Below the pieces are notes generated by a model that had not been told where the DNA came from, made no database searches, and worked only from the letters and a program-made list of their open reading frames with translations. Of a stretch of 64,000 nucleotides of DNA, positions 52,656 through 64,000 are shown piece after piece (within the stretch, counting starts at the first letter, position 1; the number at the start of each line of letters is the position of its first letter). Position numbers and translations under genes: made by a program. Where the stretch lies: positions 806,001-870,000 of the forward strand of contig CM039001.1 of the NCBI GenBank assembly GCA_017499595.2, in the 5' to 3' direction. The DNA comes from Psilocybe cubensis. Its lineage: Eukaryota.

Positions 52656-55600
52656 CTATTTTGATTGAGCTGGTGCCCCAAATGCTGCACCACCGAATAC
52701 ATTGGACGGGGCGGTTGTATTGCTCAAATTGCCAAACGCGGATTGACCGGGTGTGGTCGTTGTTCCAAACAACGGGGGCGGTTGCGATGGGGTTGTTGTC
52801 GCCGTCGTTGGAGCAGTCGTCTTTCCACCAAAGTTAAATGAAAAACCTCCACTAGCAGGTGTTGAAGCAGGTGTCGTTGATGTAGCGCCACTAGCAGGTG
52901 TAGCAGGGGTCTGAGAAGTTGAACCAAACGAGAAGGTGGGCTTGCTCGCAGTACTGTCCGAAGCGGGTGCGGTCGAAGATGCGCCACCAAAATTAAATTT
53001 GGGTGTACTCGAGGAATCAGCAGGCTTCGTTGTCGACTCTGAGGATGCACCCCCACCAAAGACGCTGGAAGTCTGAGCAGCAGTGGCGCCAAACGGCGAT
53101 GCCCCAGTTCCTGCTTTGTTCCCAAACGCTGAGGTGGTGGGGATGTTTCCAAATGCAGACGTAGTGGTGGCGGATGCATTGCCAAAAGGCGACGGTTTGG
53201 CACCACCGAAGGCTGACGAAGCATTAGTGTTACTTCCAAAAGCCGACGAAGTGTTACCACCACCAAACGGCGACGAAGTATTGGACGTATTTCCAAATGG
53301 CGACGTAGTACTCGATGCAGTAGTTCCAAATGTCGATGGCGCACCAAATCCAGACTTGGGAGGCTCCTTATCCTTATCCTTGTTTGCAGTTGAACCCTGT
53401 GTTGCAAATGGAGATGTTCCAAAGTTGAACTTCAAACCACCTGTAGGCGCAGTTGATGTGGAAGCAGGAGGATTAGTTGCAGGCGTAGTACTAGCCTCCG
53501 CAGCGTTCGTTGCAGAAGCAGGTGTCGTAGGAGTCTTGAAGCTAAAGAGAGATGCGCCACCTGAAGCAGGCGCAGGTGCCGATGCAGTCCCAGAAAAAGT
53601 ATTGCCTGTAGCAGAGCCTGGCTTCTGTGGGTCTGAACCCAAAGCACCACTCAACGAAGACCCTGTGCCATTAACAGCACCTGTTGAAGGAGCAGAAGCA
53701 GTGGTGGCTGTCTTGTTCGGCACAGCAAAGTTGAACTTCAACCCGGAGCCTCCACTTGATGGCGCAGTCGAAGTGGTTGCACCATTTGTAGGAGTTGACG
53801 AGGAATTTGAAGAAGCAGGCTGTCCGAAGGGATTGGATGAAGCCGGCTGACCGAAAGGGTTTGACGCGGTAGTACTAGTAGTGGTTCCAGACGTAGTGGG
53901 TTTGGCAAATGAAAAGATGTTGGATGCAGGCTGAGTCGAAGGTTTCGGTGCATCAGAAACTTGAGGTCCTAATCTCGACATTAACGATGGCCCCCCACCA
54001 CTGGTAGCAGTGTTTGCAGTCTCTCCATCTTTCTTCGGCGCACTGAAATTGAACGTAGAAGGGGTTGTGGAAGGAGGGACAGAAGAAGCTGGGGTAGTAC
54101 TAGATGCACTAGGATTTGCGAAAGAAAATCCACCAGCAGGGGGAGCTGGCTGACTAGAGTTGGCAGCTGGAGTGCCAGAAGATGCCGACGACGGTTGCGA
54201 AGGGTTCGCCAAGCTGAATCCAGTATTAGAGGGTGTAGAAGAAGGTTGGCTACTGGAAGCCGCAGAAGCCTTAGCAGGAGGCATACTAAACAAAGAAGCA
54301 GCAGGAGCTGTTCCGGAAGATGTGGAATTGGAAGTCGAGGTAGAATTAGGAACAGAGAAGAAGGACGAGGCACCTGCAGAAGGGGTAGGAATCGGTCCAG
54401 CGCCTGAAGATGTTGGAGCAGGTGTTGCAGTGGTGGGATTTGGAGGGGGAGGCATAGACGCGGCCTCTTTTTTCTTCCTCTCCTGTTCCGCTTTCTCTTT
54501 CTCCGCCTTCTCCTTTTCAATACGTTCTTTCTCCTGGCGCTCTTTAGCGAGTTGTTCGGTGCGTGCCCGTTCAGCAGCCTGCCGTTTGGCCTCTTCTTCT
54601 TGCTCTTTCTTCCTAGTAGCCTCACGAATCTTCATCATAGCACGTGCCTCGAGCTCTTGCTTCTCCCATTTCGAAAGGACTTTGCGTGGGCTACTATTAG
54701 TGCTATCTGACAAACCAGAGGACCCGACAGCGGCTGGTGACCCAATAGCTCGGGCGTTCGATGCAATTCGTTTGGCGGCGGGTATTTGCGACTCGCTAAA
54801 GGGATTGAGGACTAAAGACGAAGGACCCATTGAGAGACGAGAAGTCCTTGGTCTTGGGATTTCGGGCGGAGGGGTCTGTGGGACAGGTGAACCAGTAGGA
54901 GTAGAAGTTGAGGACCATAACAGATTTTTTCCAGAAAGGGAACCTTCCCTGTGGACAGAAGCAGTGTCTGACTGTTTGAAAATTAGTAAGACTTGGTTGC
55001 ATACGTCTGCTAAAAGCATACCGAGATATCCAAAGTCAACTTGTGGATATTTTTCGTTTCAGGATCGTCCTGCCATGCAAGGTTATGTTGAGCTTTGGCC
55101 TCTTGATATTCTTCTTCCGTGAGCCACGTTTCAATGCAAACTTGGAGATTAACATCGCGGTCTGGATGTAAAGAGTCTTTAGGCTGCAAGGATAATCAAT
55201 CATTAAACAATTGCCTCGTGTTTAAATTAAACATTAGAAATACGCACCATGACAAATTTCTGCCTCGCTTTCTTCACGAGGGCCTGACGAAGACGTTGTC
55301 CGTTTGGACCGATTTTGTATTTGACACCGTTGCTTTCCCATTCATCGCCAATCTCCCTAATCTTACTCCTTGAAAACGAGGAATCCTCCATAGATATATC
55401 GCTCTCTGCAGCTCGGTCACGACGGTGCGATGAATGCTTGCCTTTCTTGTGCGCTGACTTTTCCAGTGAATCGCCTTCACTGAAACCTTCACTAAGATCG
55501 TCTTCAGTGACCCTGTCTCGCTTCTTGCCACGCAGATGACTGGCTTCAGATTTACGTTTCGACACAGTGCGTCTCTTCCTACGTCTTCGGACAATAGCAT

Positions 55601-56772
55601 CGCTATCCTCTGGCTCCTCGGCACTGTCGTCGTCATCGCCACCAAAAGTAGAGCCTGCCTCAGTACGGTCGCGCTTCTTGCCACGATGGGTCGATGGAGA
55701 CGGTAATTCTGTCACTTGGTCATCATCTTCCTCATCGACATCCATGTCGGATTTGGCCAGCGAAATCTTCCGAGATCGTTTCCCGCGGAATTTCTTAGCG
55801 TTGTTATTATATTCCATGTCCTCGTCGTGCATAACACGTTTTGAGCCACGTTTTGGAGCGAGGTCTTCAAACTCCGCGTCCTCGTCGCCGTCCACCATCT
55901 CTTCACCTTCAACCCTGAATTTTTTGGTCTCATGTTCTTCCAAGTGGTCCCCGTCGAAGCCGCGCTTTCTCTCTTCGTTGTCTGACTCATCTACATTCAC
56001 ATATCCACCACGGCGAACGAGACCGTTCTTCGACTCGTCATTGTCTTGAACGACGTTTCCACTGAAATGATATTATGTAAGCATTAAAGAAATAAGAAGA
56101 TTGGTGCTGGTGCCACATACGCATGAGTACCCTGAGCATGATTTGTGTGACCAAAAGAACTTGGACCGTATGTAGCAGCACTGTATCTCCCAGGAATCGG
56201 TGTGACCACGGCAGGCGAGCCAACTTGCGGTGTGCCTAAAATACAAATAGAAGAACAAGAAAGAAAAGTTGTTGAGAATCGTCTCTGTTGGTAAATTATG
56301 ATGCAAAAATGATGAAACTTACTTGTACGGTTCCGCAGTCCCTGCGGTACTGACTCTGGCTGGAGAAGGATGGGCGCTTGGGGACGAAAGGATGGTCTCG
56401 GTCTTGTCTTTTTGCTGTTCTCGTCTTCGCGAGATTTTATCATAGCGTCATTATACGCCACATTGAAGGGGCGATGATCACTGTCGGGGATACCATGTCT
56501 TCGTCGCGTCGCTCTAATTGAAAGGAACCGCGTAAAAGTAAGTAATGAGACAAAGTGGGTTTGAAGCATAGATGGTATGCTCACAATCTAAGCGACCTTT
56601 CCCGCCATATAAGAACACGTCTCCAGAGACGCCTTCCTACCACGAATACGGCGACAATAAACATTGACGCAAATACCACCTGCGTCATAGAATACGAAGA
56701 TGCAGCTCCGGGTCTTCCATTAGACCTAGGCATGGTTTTTTGGCCAAGTATGTCGGACGTGTCGCGGTCCAT
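52656..56772 (-). CDS. FG-repeat nucleoporin-like protein with N-terminal transmembrane segment
   Basis: Six exons splice in frame (~1270 aa): TM VVFASMFIVAVFVVG, basic clusters, short coiled coil, and a long Ser/Thr/Ala-rich tail with FSF, FNFG, SAFG and SPFG motifs. Confidence 0.8.
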
Positions 56773-57884
56773 GGCGAGATGGCGAAAAGAAAAGGGCAGC
56801 AAGCGCCGGGTGGTCTGTACAGACTACAATGATGGTGGAAGTCGTAAGCAGGAGACGTCGACACCGACAGATGGCACTGCAATCAATGGCTTCTTTGTTT
56901 GTGCTTGTTATTTTTCGGATGCAATCCAAATAAAAGGAAATTTTTGCCTTGTACTCGTTTGCAGCGACTGTCATCTCTCCGTCGATGGGGTCCTGTTTTC
57001 GCAATACATCCTATCATTTTTCTTATGTCTTTGTCCATTCTCCTTCATCCCACATACATATGCCTAGGAACACGGCTCCAGTGCCTTCGTTACCTCAACT
57101 TGTGTGTGGAAGATCGACGCCCCTTCTGGTCCACGCTTGAATGTCCAGCTACCTGGTAGCTCGAGTTATATGGCCATTCGAGTACTAAACCGAAGCGATA
57201 TCCCTTTTTTCGTTACATGTTTTTTCTCTTTTCTGTATAGTACCCGATGTATGATTTACATGATTTGCACGTCCAATGACATTTCCTTGATTCGATATAG
57301 CCAATGAGTTGACCCATTTTACTGTCTTTACTGAGGTCTGCACCTGCGCAACTGAGTGCGCTTCGCGTTTGCAACGGACCACTCCCATTTCCCGGGGTTG
57401 GTGCTTGCTAAAATTTTGTCGTGGCGCGCTTAGAAATCGAGACGATCCTATGCGGTCTCCACGAAGTGGTTTTAATTTTGAACACCTGTGTATATACTTG
57501 TAGTCTGTTCTGAAGAAACTGACGAATATTTCCTCCACTCGGGGTCATATTTAGCCTGCAATCTACCCGAAGCTGCATGAATAGAGACAAAATTGGTAGT
57601 CAAAACCTCAGAGTACGACACGCCCAGAATGGTCGAGATAAACGGTGACTCTCAAGGCACCTTCCGTGTTTCAAGGACCCGCATTACGCTGTAAGGTACT
57701 CGGGGCTCGTATTTCGCTACTCGGGCTGCCGCGGAAAATAGGCAAGTGAAGAGGTAAAGTACGTGGGAAATTTTGCTTGACTTTTGCAATAAGTAGCGGC
57801 TGGGCATTGTCCCACTTTCGACCGTCCCACCAACTCGTCCCTCCGAGCCAACTTCGACTTCCTCCTTCCCTCTCGTACTTCACA

Positions 57885-58561
57885 ATGTCCGCCGACAAGA
57901 TCGTTACCCTTGAGGAGCTCCGTGCCCACAAGTCCAGAGACAAGCTGTACATCCTCATCCACGGCAAAGGTAGCGCGTCAACCAATCATGTCGTCTCTTT
58001 TTCACATCCTGACTGTATTTCGTTCAAGTCTACAACGTAACAAAGTTCTTGGACGAGGTATGTAGAAATCGCAAGTAAATGCTTTGTAGGGCTACAATGA
58101 ATCGTCAAACTCAACTAGCACCCTGGAGGAGATGAGGTTTTGCTTGCCGAGGGTGGTACGTGGCAACCGTTCGGTACCCCAAATTTCCGGCACAGTCTAA
58201 CCCCCACACAGGTATGGACGCGACAGAGGCGTTCGAGGACGTCGGTCACTCCGACGAGGCGCGCGCCCTCCTCCCCGGAATGCTCGTTGGTAGCTTCGAA
58301 GAAGGAGCTGTTAGTCATCGTCGTTTCCCAGTCCCTTCCCCTTCTAACCATCCCTACCCCTTTTTCTAGTTGAAGTCTGGTGCTGCCTCAGCCCATGGCG
58401 CAAAAGTGGCCACTGCCGTCGAGCAAGGATCAAAGTTCGTACTTCATCTTCTATACTGTGGATATTTCCTCACCTCCCTGCTTTACAGTCTCATGTACTT
58501 TGTTCCTCTCGGTCTGCTAGGTGCCTACTTCGCATGGCAGTACTACAGCGGTTCTGCCTAG
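57885..58561 (+). CDS. CYB5: Cytochrome b5
   Basis: LIHGK|VYNVTKFLDE|HPGGDEVLLAEG|GMDATEAFEDVGHSDEAR; C-terminal membrane anchor. Confidence 0.95.
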
Positions 58562-60106
58562 ACCATTCGCCAACCTTTTCATCCTAATCACGCTTACTAT
58601 TATTTCCCTACGTCTTATCACCCTGCTATCCTTTGACGTTACCCCGGCAATACCTCTGTATGTTAACTTATACTGCTCCTTGTTAACCTACTCGCCGACT
58701 CCTCGCTGTTTATTACTTACCCTCATCCGCTTGCATTAGTTACAAATTCATTATTCGAAAAATATTGGATACTACCGGAAAGAAATAGAACCACTTTACC
58801 GGACAATTTGTGCCAGTGTGACTCCAGAGTCGTCCTGTTTTGTATGCGTACAGGTAACGTATCGATGCGAATCGCCAACGTCAAAAATGGCGCCACCGCG
58901 ACGCTGCTTAGTTGTACGTGGACGAATTGACGTTTGTGGCGGATTTGTACGTACGCGCGATATTCAGTTGTGAGCCGATTCTAGCGCGTCGAACAACCCA
59001 CGGGCTACACTACACAGGCTACAACTAAACTTGAACGTTTGAACGACTACATAGTATGCCCGCTGACCAAAGCGTAATGACATGTCATTTTTGTATACCG
59101 TTCGTGTTCCGCGAATTCAGCGCAATCATGTGAAATATGCTTTGCGGTTCTGGGGCTGTCAATTGTCAATGCACTGAACTGTGAGAAAAGTTGTGTTCTA
59201 GGAGTTTCTACATCTTTCGTAGGGCAAACAGGGTTGAACAGGTAGAATGACCCATATTCGATAATCCGCCACACTTCTGGGCAGCTGTGAGTATTCTGGT
59301 TTTTTTTTTCAACAGCAGCACCAGCCGTCCGCAAAATATGTGGGGTAAAGACTGAAGTACCCCAGTCTCCGCGGAGTATCTACCCGTAACCGTGAATGTG
59401 TACCTAGGTCCTTTTGCAATGAAATGTATCCTACCTTTTTGGGCAATTTATATGTTATACCTTTCTGAGAAAGTCAAGAACTTCGAGCGTCCTATTCATC
59501 GGAATATATTCAAGTCAAGCGATGCACAGGTAATACAGTCAAGAATTCACAGCAAATCAAAAAAGCAAGGCGTTGCATCATAAGTGCATAGGAGAACGAA
59601 AACGGATGGTAGAAATAGGGAATAGAAATAGGCATTCAAATGAATGACTGGATTAGAAAGTATAACAACGATACCAAAAAGCAAGCAGTTAGAACACAAG
59701 TAAATCAAACCGAATCATATAGAAATACAAGAGATGCAAAATAAGCAAGAAAAAATGACGAAATGAGGAAGTGAGGTCGACATCCAATATTGATGAAAAA
59801 GGAAAGCAAGAAGCCAAAGGAAATCGAAAGAAAGAAGAAATAATCGCATCGAGTGAAGAGTAGAAAAATAAGATAAATGTTGATGAAAATATACTTGCTT
59901 GTGTTGTCGAGTTAGACCCCCGCCAAACATGTCCTCGAGTTTGGGTAGTTCACGAAGGATGATTGTTGCGATCTGTTCGACCTTCCACTCCGCCCACATT
60001 CACTGCACACCTGGGCTAGCCCGCAATTGAGAAAATTTGGTATCTAGCGCAAGTCTGCAGAGTATATGGAGAGTCCCCCTGGCCAGCGATGCTGTTGCAC
60101 AAATTT

Positions 60107-61540
60107 CTAAACGCTATGTATAAGTAATATTCTCGTAACAAATATCAGAAGCAGAAGGATTTTACTCACCAAACCTCTATGCCCAGCAAGCGCAATCCCT
60201 CTTTGGCCGCTTCGTTTCGGGCGTACTTCTTCGTGTTCCCGCGCCCACATCCGTAGAATTGTCCGTCGACATGAACTTTGACGTTCCACACCGGAGTGGC
60301 CTTTGTGCCCTTGACATTTTCATTGTCACTGTTACTCGCATCTCCAGCCGAGGTATCAGTGCCGTCAGAGTAAATCCACTCCACCTGTCGGCCCGTCTTC
60401 TGCAGGTACTGATTGAACAGAGCGAGGTGACCGATCGTTGTCAGGTTCATGAGGTCGCTGGGTTCAGAGTGCGGGGTATTTCCTGCTCCTATACCAGTGC
60501 TCCAGTTCCCGATGCCTGATGGGTGGCCGGGATGGTGACGGGGCGCGAGTCTGTCAGACCTTCCGCTGTTAAGTTGGGAGGAAGGCGATATGGGTGGGAG
60601 CCCGTGCTGTTCGCGAATGACTCGGTATGCCTCCGCAGCATATGGGCGGAATAGCGGTTTAATCCAGGCGCTCACGACTTCCAGTCCTTGATCGAGGTAT
60701 AGGCCGCCCACGAAGGCCTAAACATAGCGGGTTGGTCAGGTTTTACTGTTCTGCAGACTGATGGCATATGGCACAGATCTTGAGAACCCACCTCAAATAC
60801 ATTGGCTGTGATACATTTAATTAAACGGGTTATATATATAGGAAAGGAGCGCACCTCGGATGTTTGTCGAAGCACGAAGTGTGACGGCCTGTGCTGGGTG
60901 CAAGCGGAGGTTATCGTGCAATTTATACCTGAATGATCTGATGACATTCCGTGTCAGTTCTCTGTCAAGGCTTAAGGGATGATGGAAAGACGGCAGACAT
61001 TTGAGCGAGGGTATAGTTTGCGACAATCATAGACCTGATTTTCTGCAACACAGCACATCAATAGAAAGAAGATGAAATTTGCAGGATGATTGATCCTACT
61101 GTGGCTGGTCCAACCCTTAAACCTGGGTACATCTCTATCAAAAGAGTCGTGATGGCCATTTGCAACACTGAGTCCCCCAAATGTTCAAACCTTGAGAGCG
61201 TAGTTAGCATATATCCCAGTCGCAATGGAAGCTTCACTGACTTTTCGTTATCCATGCTTAAATCGTTATGCGCATCTTCGAACACATGAGCTGCTCTTGC
61301 AAAAAAGCTGCGGTGTGTATAAATCTGTTGTTGGATTGCCAGAGAGTGGATACGAGGAAGCGCGGGGAAGAGATGGTCGCCTACACCGAAATCGGGCCTG
61401 AACATGGAAAAAATGTTAGCAGACAGGCTTCATCTAGTCGTTCCATCGTTCCATCTGCAGAAAAATGGTGGAAGCCGGATATCACCCGACCTCTAACACT
61501 GATCTGAGGCAACCTCTACGCACTTCAACGATATAGTCAT
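60107..61540 (-). CDS. Ribonuclease III domain + dsRNA-binding domain protein
   Basis: YTHRS..DNEK|FEHLGDSVL, ANVFE|AFVGGLYLDQG, and C-terminal dsRBD (YGCGRGNTKKYARNEAAKEGL). Start (61540 or 61687) and last exon uncertain. Confidence 0.85.
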
Positions 61541-62769
61541 AGCCTCTAGCACTCCGGCGTCGGAGAGGAATCTGAACGACGATGGATCAGGAACGAGCGC
61601 TCGATGCAAGGACGGTGTTGACAAGTGCAGGAGGGGGAAACGATGACTACGCAGTATGCTCTGGCGTCTGAGGATGGGAAAACCCATCTTTGCACAGTTC
61701 TGGGTACCTTTACATGCCAATTGAAGTACAACTTCAGCTCCGCGCCAAAACTGAGCGAAAAGCGAAAGACAAGCCGGGCCTGCTCCTATTTTTACACACC
61801 GGCGGCGTCATGTCAGTTATTACACGTGATCTTTATGATTCTATCACAGCGGCACAGCCACTGCTGCACATAACCACTCACATACTCTGTTCTCTGCATG
61901 TTCTCCAGGATGCTCCACTGACACAAGCCGCCTGTGGCTCACGACTCACAATAGTGTCAACATAATCCAACTCGCTGGTGGAACGAGGCTTCACAATCCA
62001 CTCTTGACGTGGCGACAGCTGGAATCGCACTGTTTTCGGACTCGGATGCGACTTGGTCTTTTGTGGAAGCTTGTTCTCGCTGCGCGTATTGTTTGCAGGA
62101 GGTCCTTCTGATCCAGGCCTCATAATTCCGTCGGCTTTCTGAATTTCTCATTCAAGCTGTCGAAAACCGCTTCATGTGCTTATGGTGACGTTACTCTGTC
62201 GATTCGCTTGGTTTATCTGTTACGATAGCGGCTCTGGTTGTTCTCCCGCCTTGCATCTTTCTTCGACGAAATGCGACTTGAATTCAATGTGATATCTTTA
62301 TCTACTTACCGGGACATACAAACCCGCCCTAATAATCGCCAGGACTTAAGTTTAACTTTCAGAAATTCGGCATATGCTCCTGTGAAACCACCTTGTGCCT
62401 ATTTGCTCCATAGGCTAATCTGAATCTGTGTGTCACTTGAGCCTGACTTTCACCATATGACCCCTGGCTAGGATCAGCACGTTTCTTCTTTACCTATCCA
62501 TAGTATAGACCCAGTATCCTCGAAAGGTACATCCGTCCTAAGTATTCTCAATGTACGAGAGTTTCACAGGAATAGTCGGGGCTACATTGTCATATCCGAC
62601 GGGCTATTTACGTTTATCATTTGTAATGGTGAGTCTGATGACAGGGTCATCAACGTTCAACTCTTATCATCGTTCCTGTGGCAGCTAATATAAGAGGCGT
62701 AAAAATGAATCGATAACCTTCCTGCTCGTTGACCAGTGATCCGTTCATAAAACGCAACCCCTCAGTCAG

Positions 62770-64000
62770 ATGGTTGACTTAATCTCTCCCTCTATATCCT
62801 CGAATTCAAGTATTCAAAAGCTCGTTTGCGAACCTTGTTGGAACCATTTATTCAATTTCGACTCTTTCCAAAAGGCACTGGCGACGCAGACGAATCCCCA
62901 GCTCAGTAGATTTACATACAATCTGCAATGGGAGACTATTCGTGCATCCGCTTCAGCTGGGTGTAATTGGTGTAAACTTTTATCCAAACCGGCCAACGAA
63001 GCATCTGGAGAGGCGATTGTGAGCGTCTCATTCAGCACGGAGAACGCCGGATATACGCCTACTGGGGTGAAGATACTGACCCTTTCGTATGGCTCGAAAG
63101 ACTGCTTTGTGGCAGGCGAAACTGGATTCAGGCTGTACACCACTGCCGGTATGCTGAATTCATGACTAGTTTACTTATTGAACGACTCTTATATTTATTG
63201 TGTCGCGTGTTCAGACAACCCTGCTGCCCAGATTATTCTCCCTAGAGATCGCATTCTACAAATCAATACCCCGAACAGCTTCAAACTTGCAGTGGAATGC
63301 CTAAAAACTGCATGCAGACTCATGAGGAATGTCCCAAACACAAAGAATCGACTTTGCCAGACCGCGTCATTGACTGCTCAGACGTTGACCACCCAAGGAT
63401 TGTTGTAACTAAGAATGCGCCGGGTGTCTATGCTGCCTTGAGCTATGTGTGGGGTAAACAAACGTACCTCGCCACAACTGAAAACATAGATACCCTTATC
63501 AAACATGGCATTGACACGAAGAAAGCCCCAATCACCATTTTGAACGCTATATTATCCGCGCATAGCCTGGGTATTCCATATCTCTGGATCGACGCGTTTT
63601 GTATATTACAGGATTCCGACGAGGACAAAGGACGACAGATCGGGAAGATGAACGAGATATACACCAATGCATACTTCACCATCATAGCAGCCTGTTCGAA
63701 TGACGCCTTCGATGGATTTTTGCAAGATCGTCCTGCCCGTATTCCTTCGGCAAATATACCCTTTGTCTGTCCCGATGGACAAGTCGGGCACGTCTTCCTT
63801 GCTTCTACAGAGATGGTGGGCTACGATGTCACCCAGATGTATCACGATGAATTGGAGCCCGTAAGTTCTCGGGGATGGTGCATGCAAGAACGCGTCTTAT
63901 CCGAACGGAGCTTCGTGTTTGCCTCAGACACGTTGAAATATCAATGTCAGAGAGAAATCGTCAGCATAGGTGGTGCATTTTGCGAGCCCACCACGGGACC
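62770..64000 (+). CDS. HET (heterokaryon incompatibility) domain protein, frameshifted; runs off window
   Basis: LPDRVIDC..YAALSYVWG..LGIPYLWIDAFCILQD..QIGKMNEIYTNAYFTIIAA..RGWCMQERVLS; 1-nt deficit in the A-run at 63303-63307. Confidence 0.9.

Noticed and set aside
53083-55122. Long plus-strand ORFs (255 aa and 320 aa)
   Set aside because: Antisense shadows of the low-complexity nucleoporin-like exon; no independent motifs.
63298-63310. Programmed -1 ribosomal frameshift in the HET gene
   Set aside because: CTA AAA ACT does not form an in-frame X XXY YYZ slippery heptamer.
1-64000. tRNA/rRNA genes
   Set aside because: No cloverleaf or rRNA-like sequence recognised by eye; a tRNAscan-SE/Infernal run would be needed to exclude them.

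Overview
This window is intron-rich eukaryotic DNA from a mushroom-forming basidiomycete (Agaricomycete). That assignment is inferred from ~50-60 nt GT-AG introns, microexons, and DUF6534, AgaK1-like kinase and HET gene families. Gene coordinates are spans from start to stop codon including introns, assembled by eye. The backbone is conserved housekeeping genes: a PTS1 thioesterase (partial), HAM1, ATG22-like, an amidase, IMPACT/YIH1, ATG29, DDI1, SPT3, CDC23/APC8, COQ10, NOP13-like, Clr4/DIM-5-like, cytochrome b5 and an RNase III-dsRBD protein. Accessory material is interspersed: an 823-bp non-autonomous TIR element with an 8-bp target duplication, a tandem array of three intronless MYND-finger genes (two frameshifted) plus a dispersed relic, a dead DDE integrase relic beside an exonuclease-like/UPF1-like helicase fusion, a pseudokinase with a 10-aa SP repeat tail, and a frameshifted HET-domain gene. 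The most notable candidates are (1) a ~1270-aa protein with N-terminal membrane anchor, NLS-rich middle and C-terminal FG repeats, i.e. a POM121-like layout in a fungus; (2) the MYND array with an internally repeated uncharacterised module; and (3) a tail-anchored coiled-coil protein with a degenerate dynein-adaptor CC1-box-like motif. All family calls are by motif recognition; no database searches were run.
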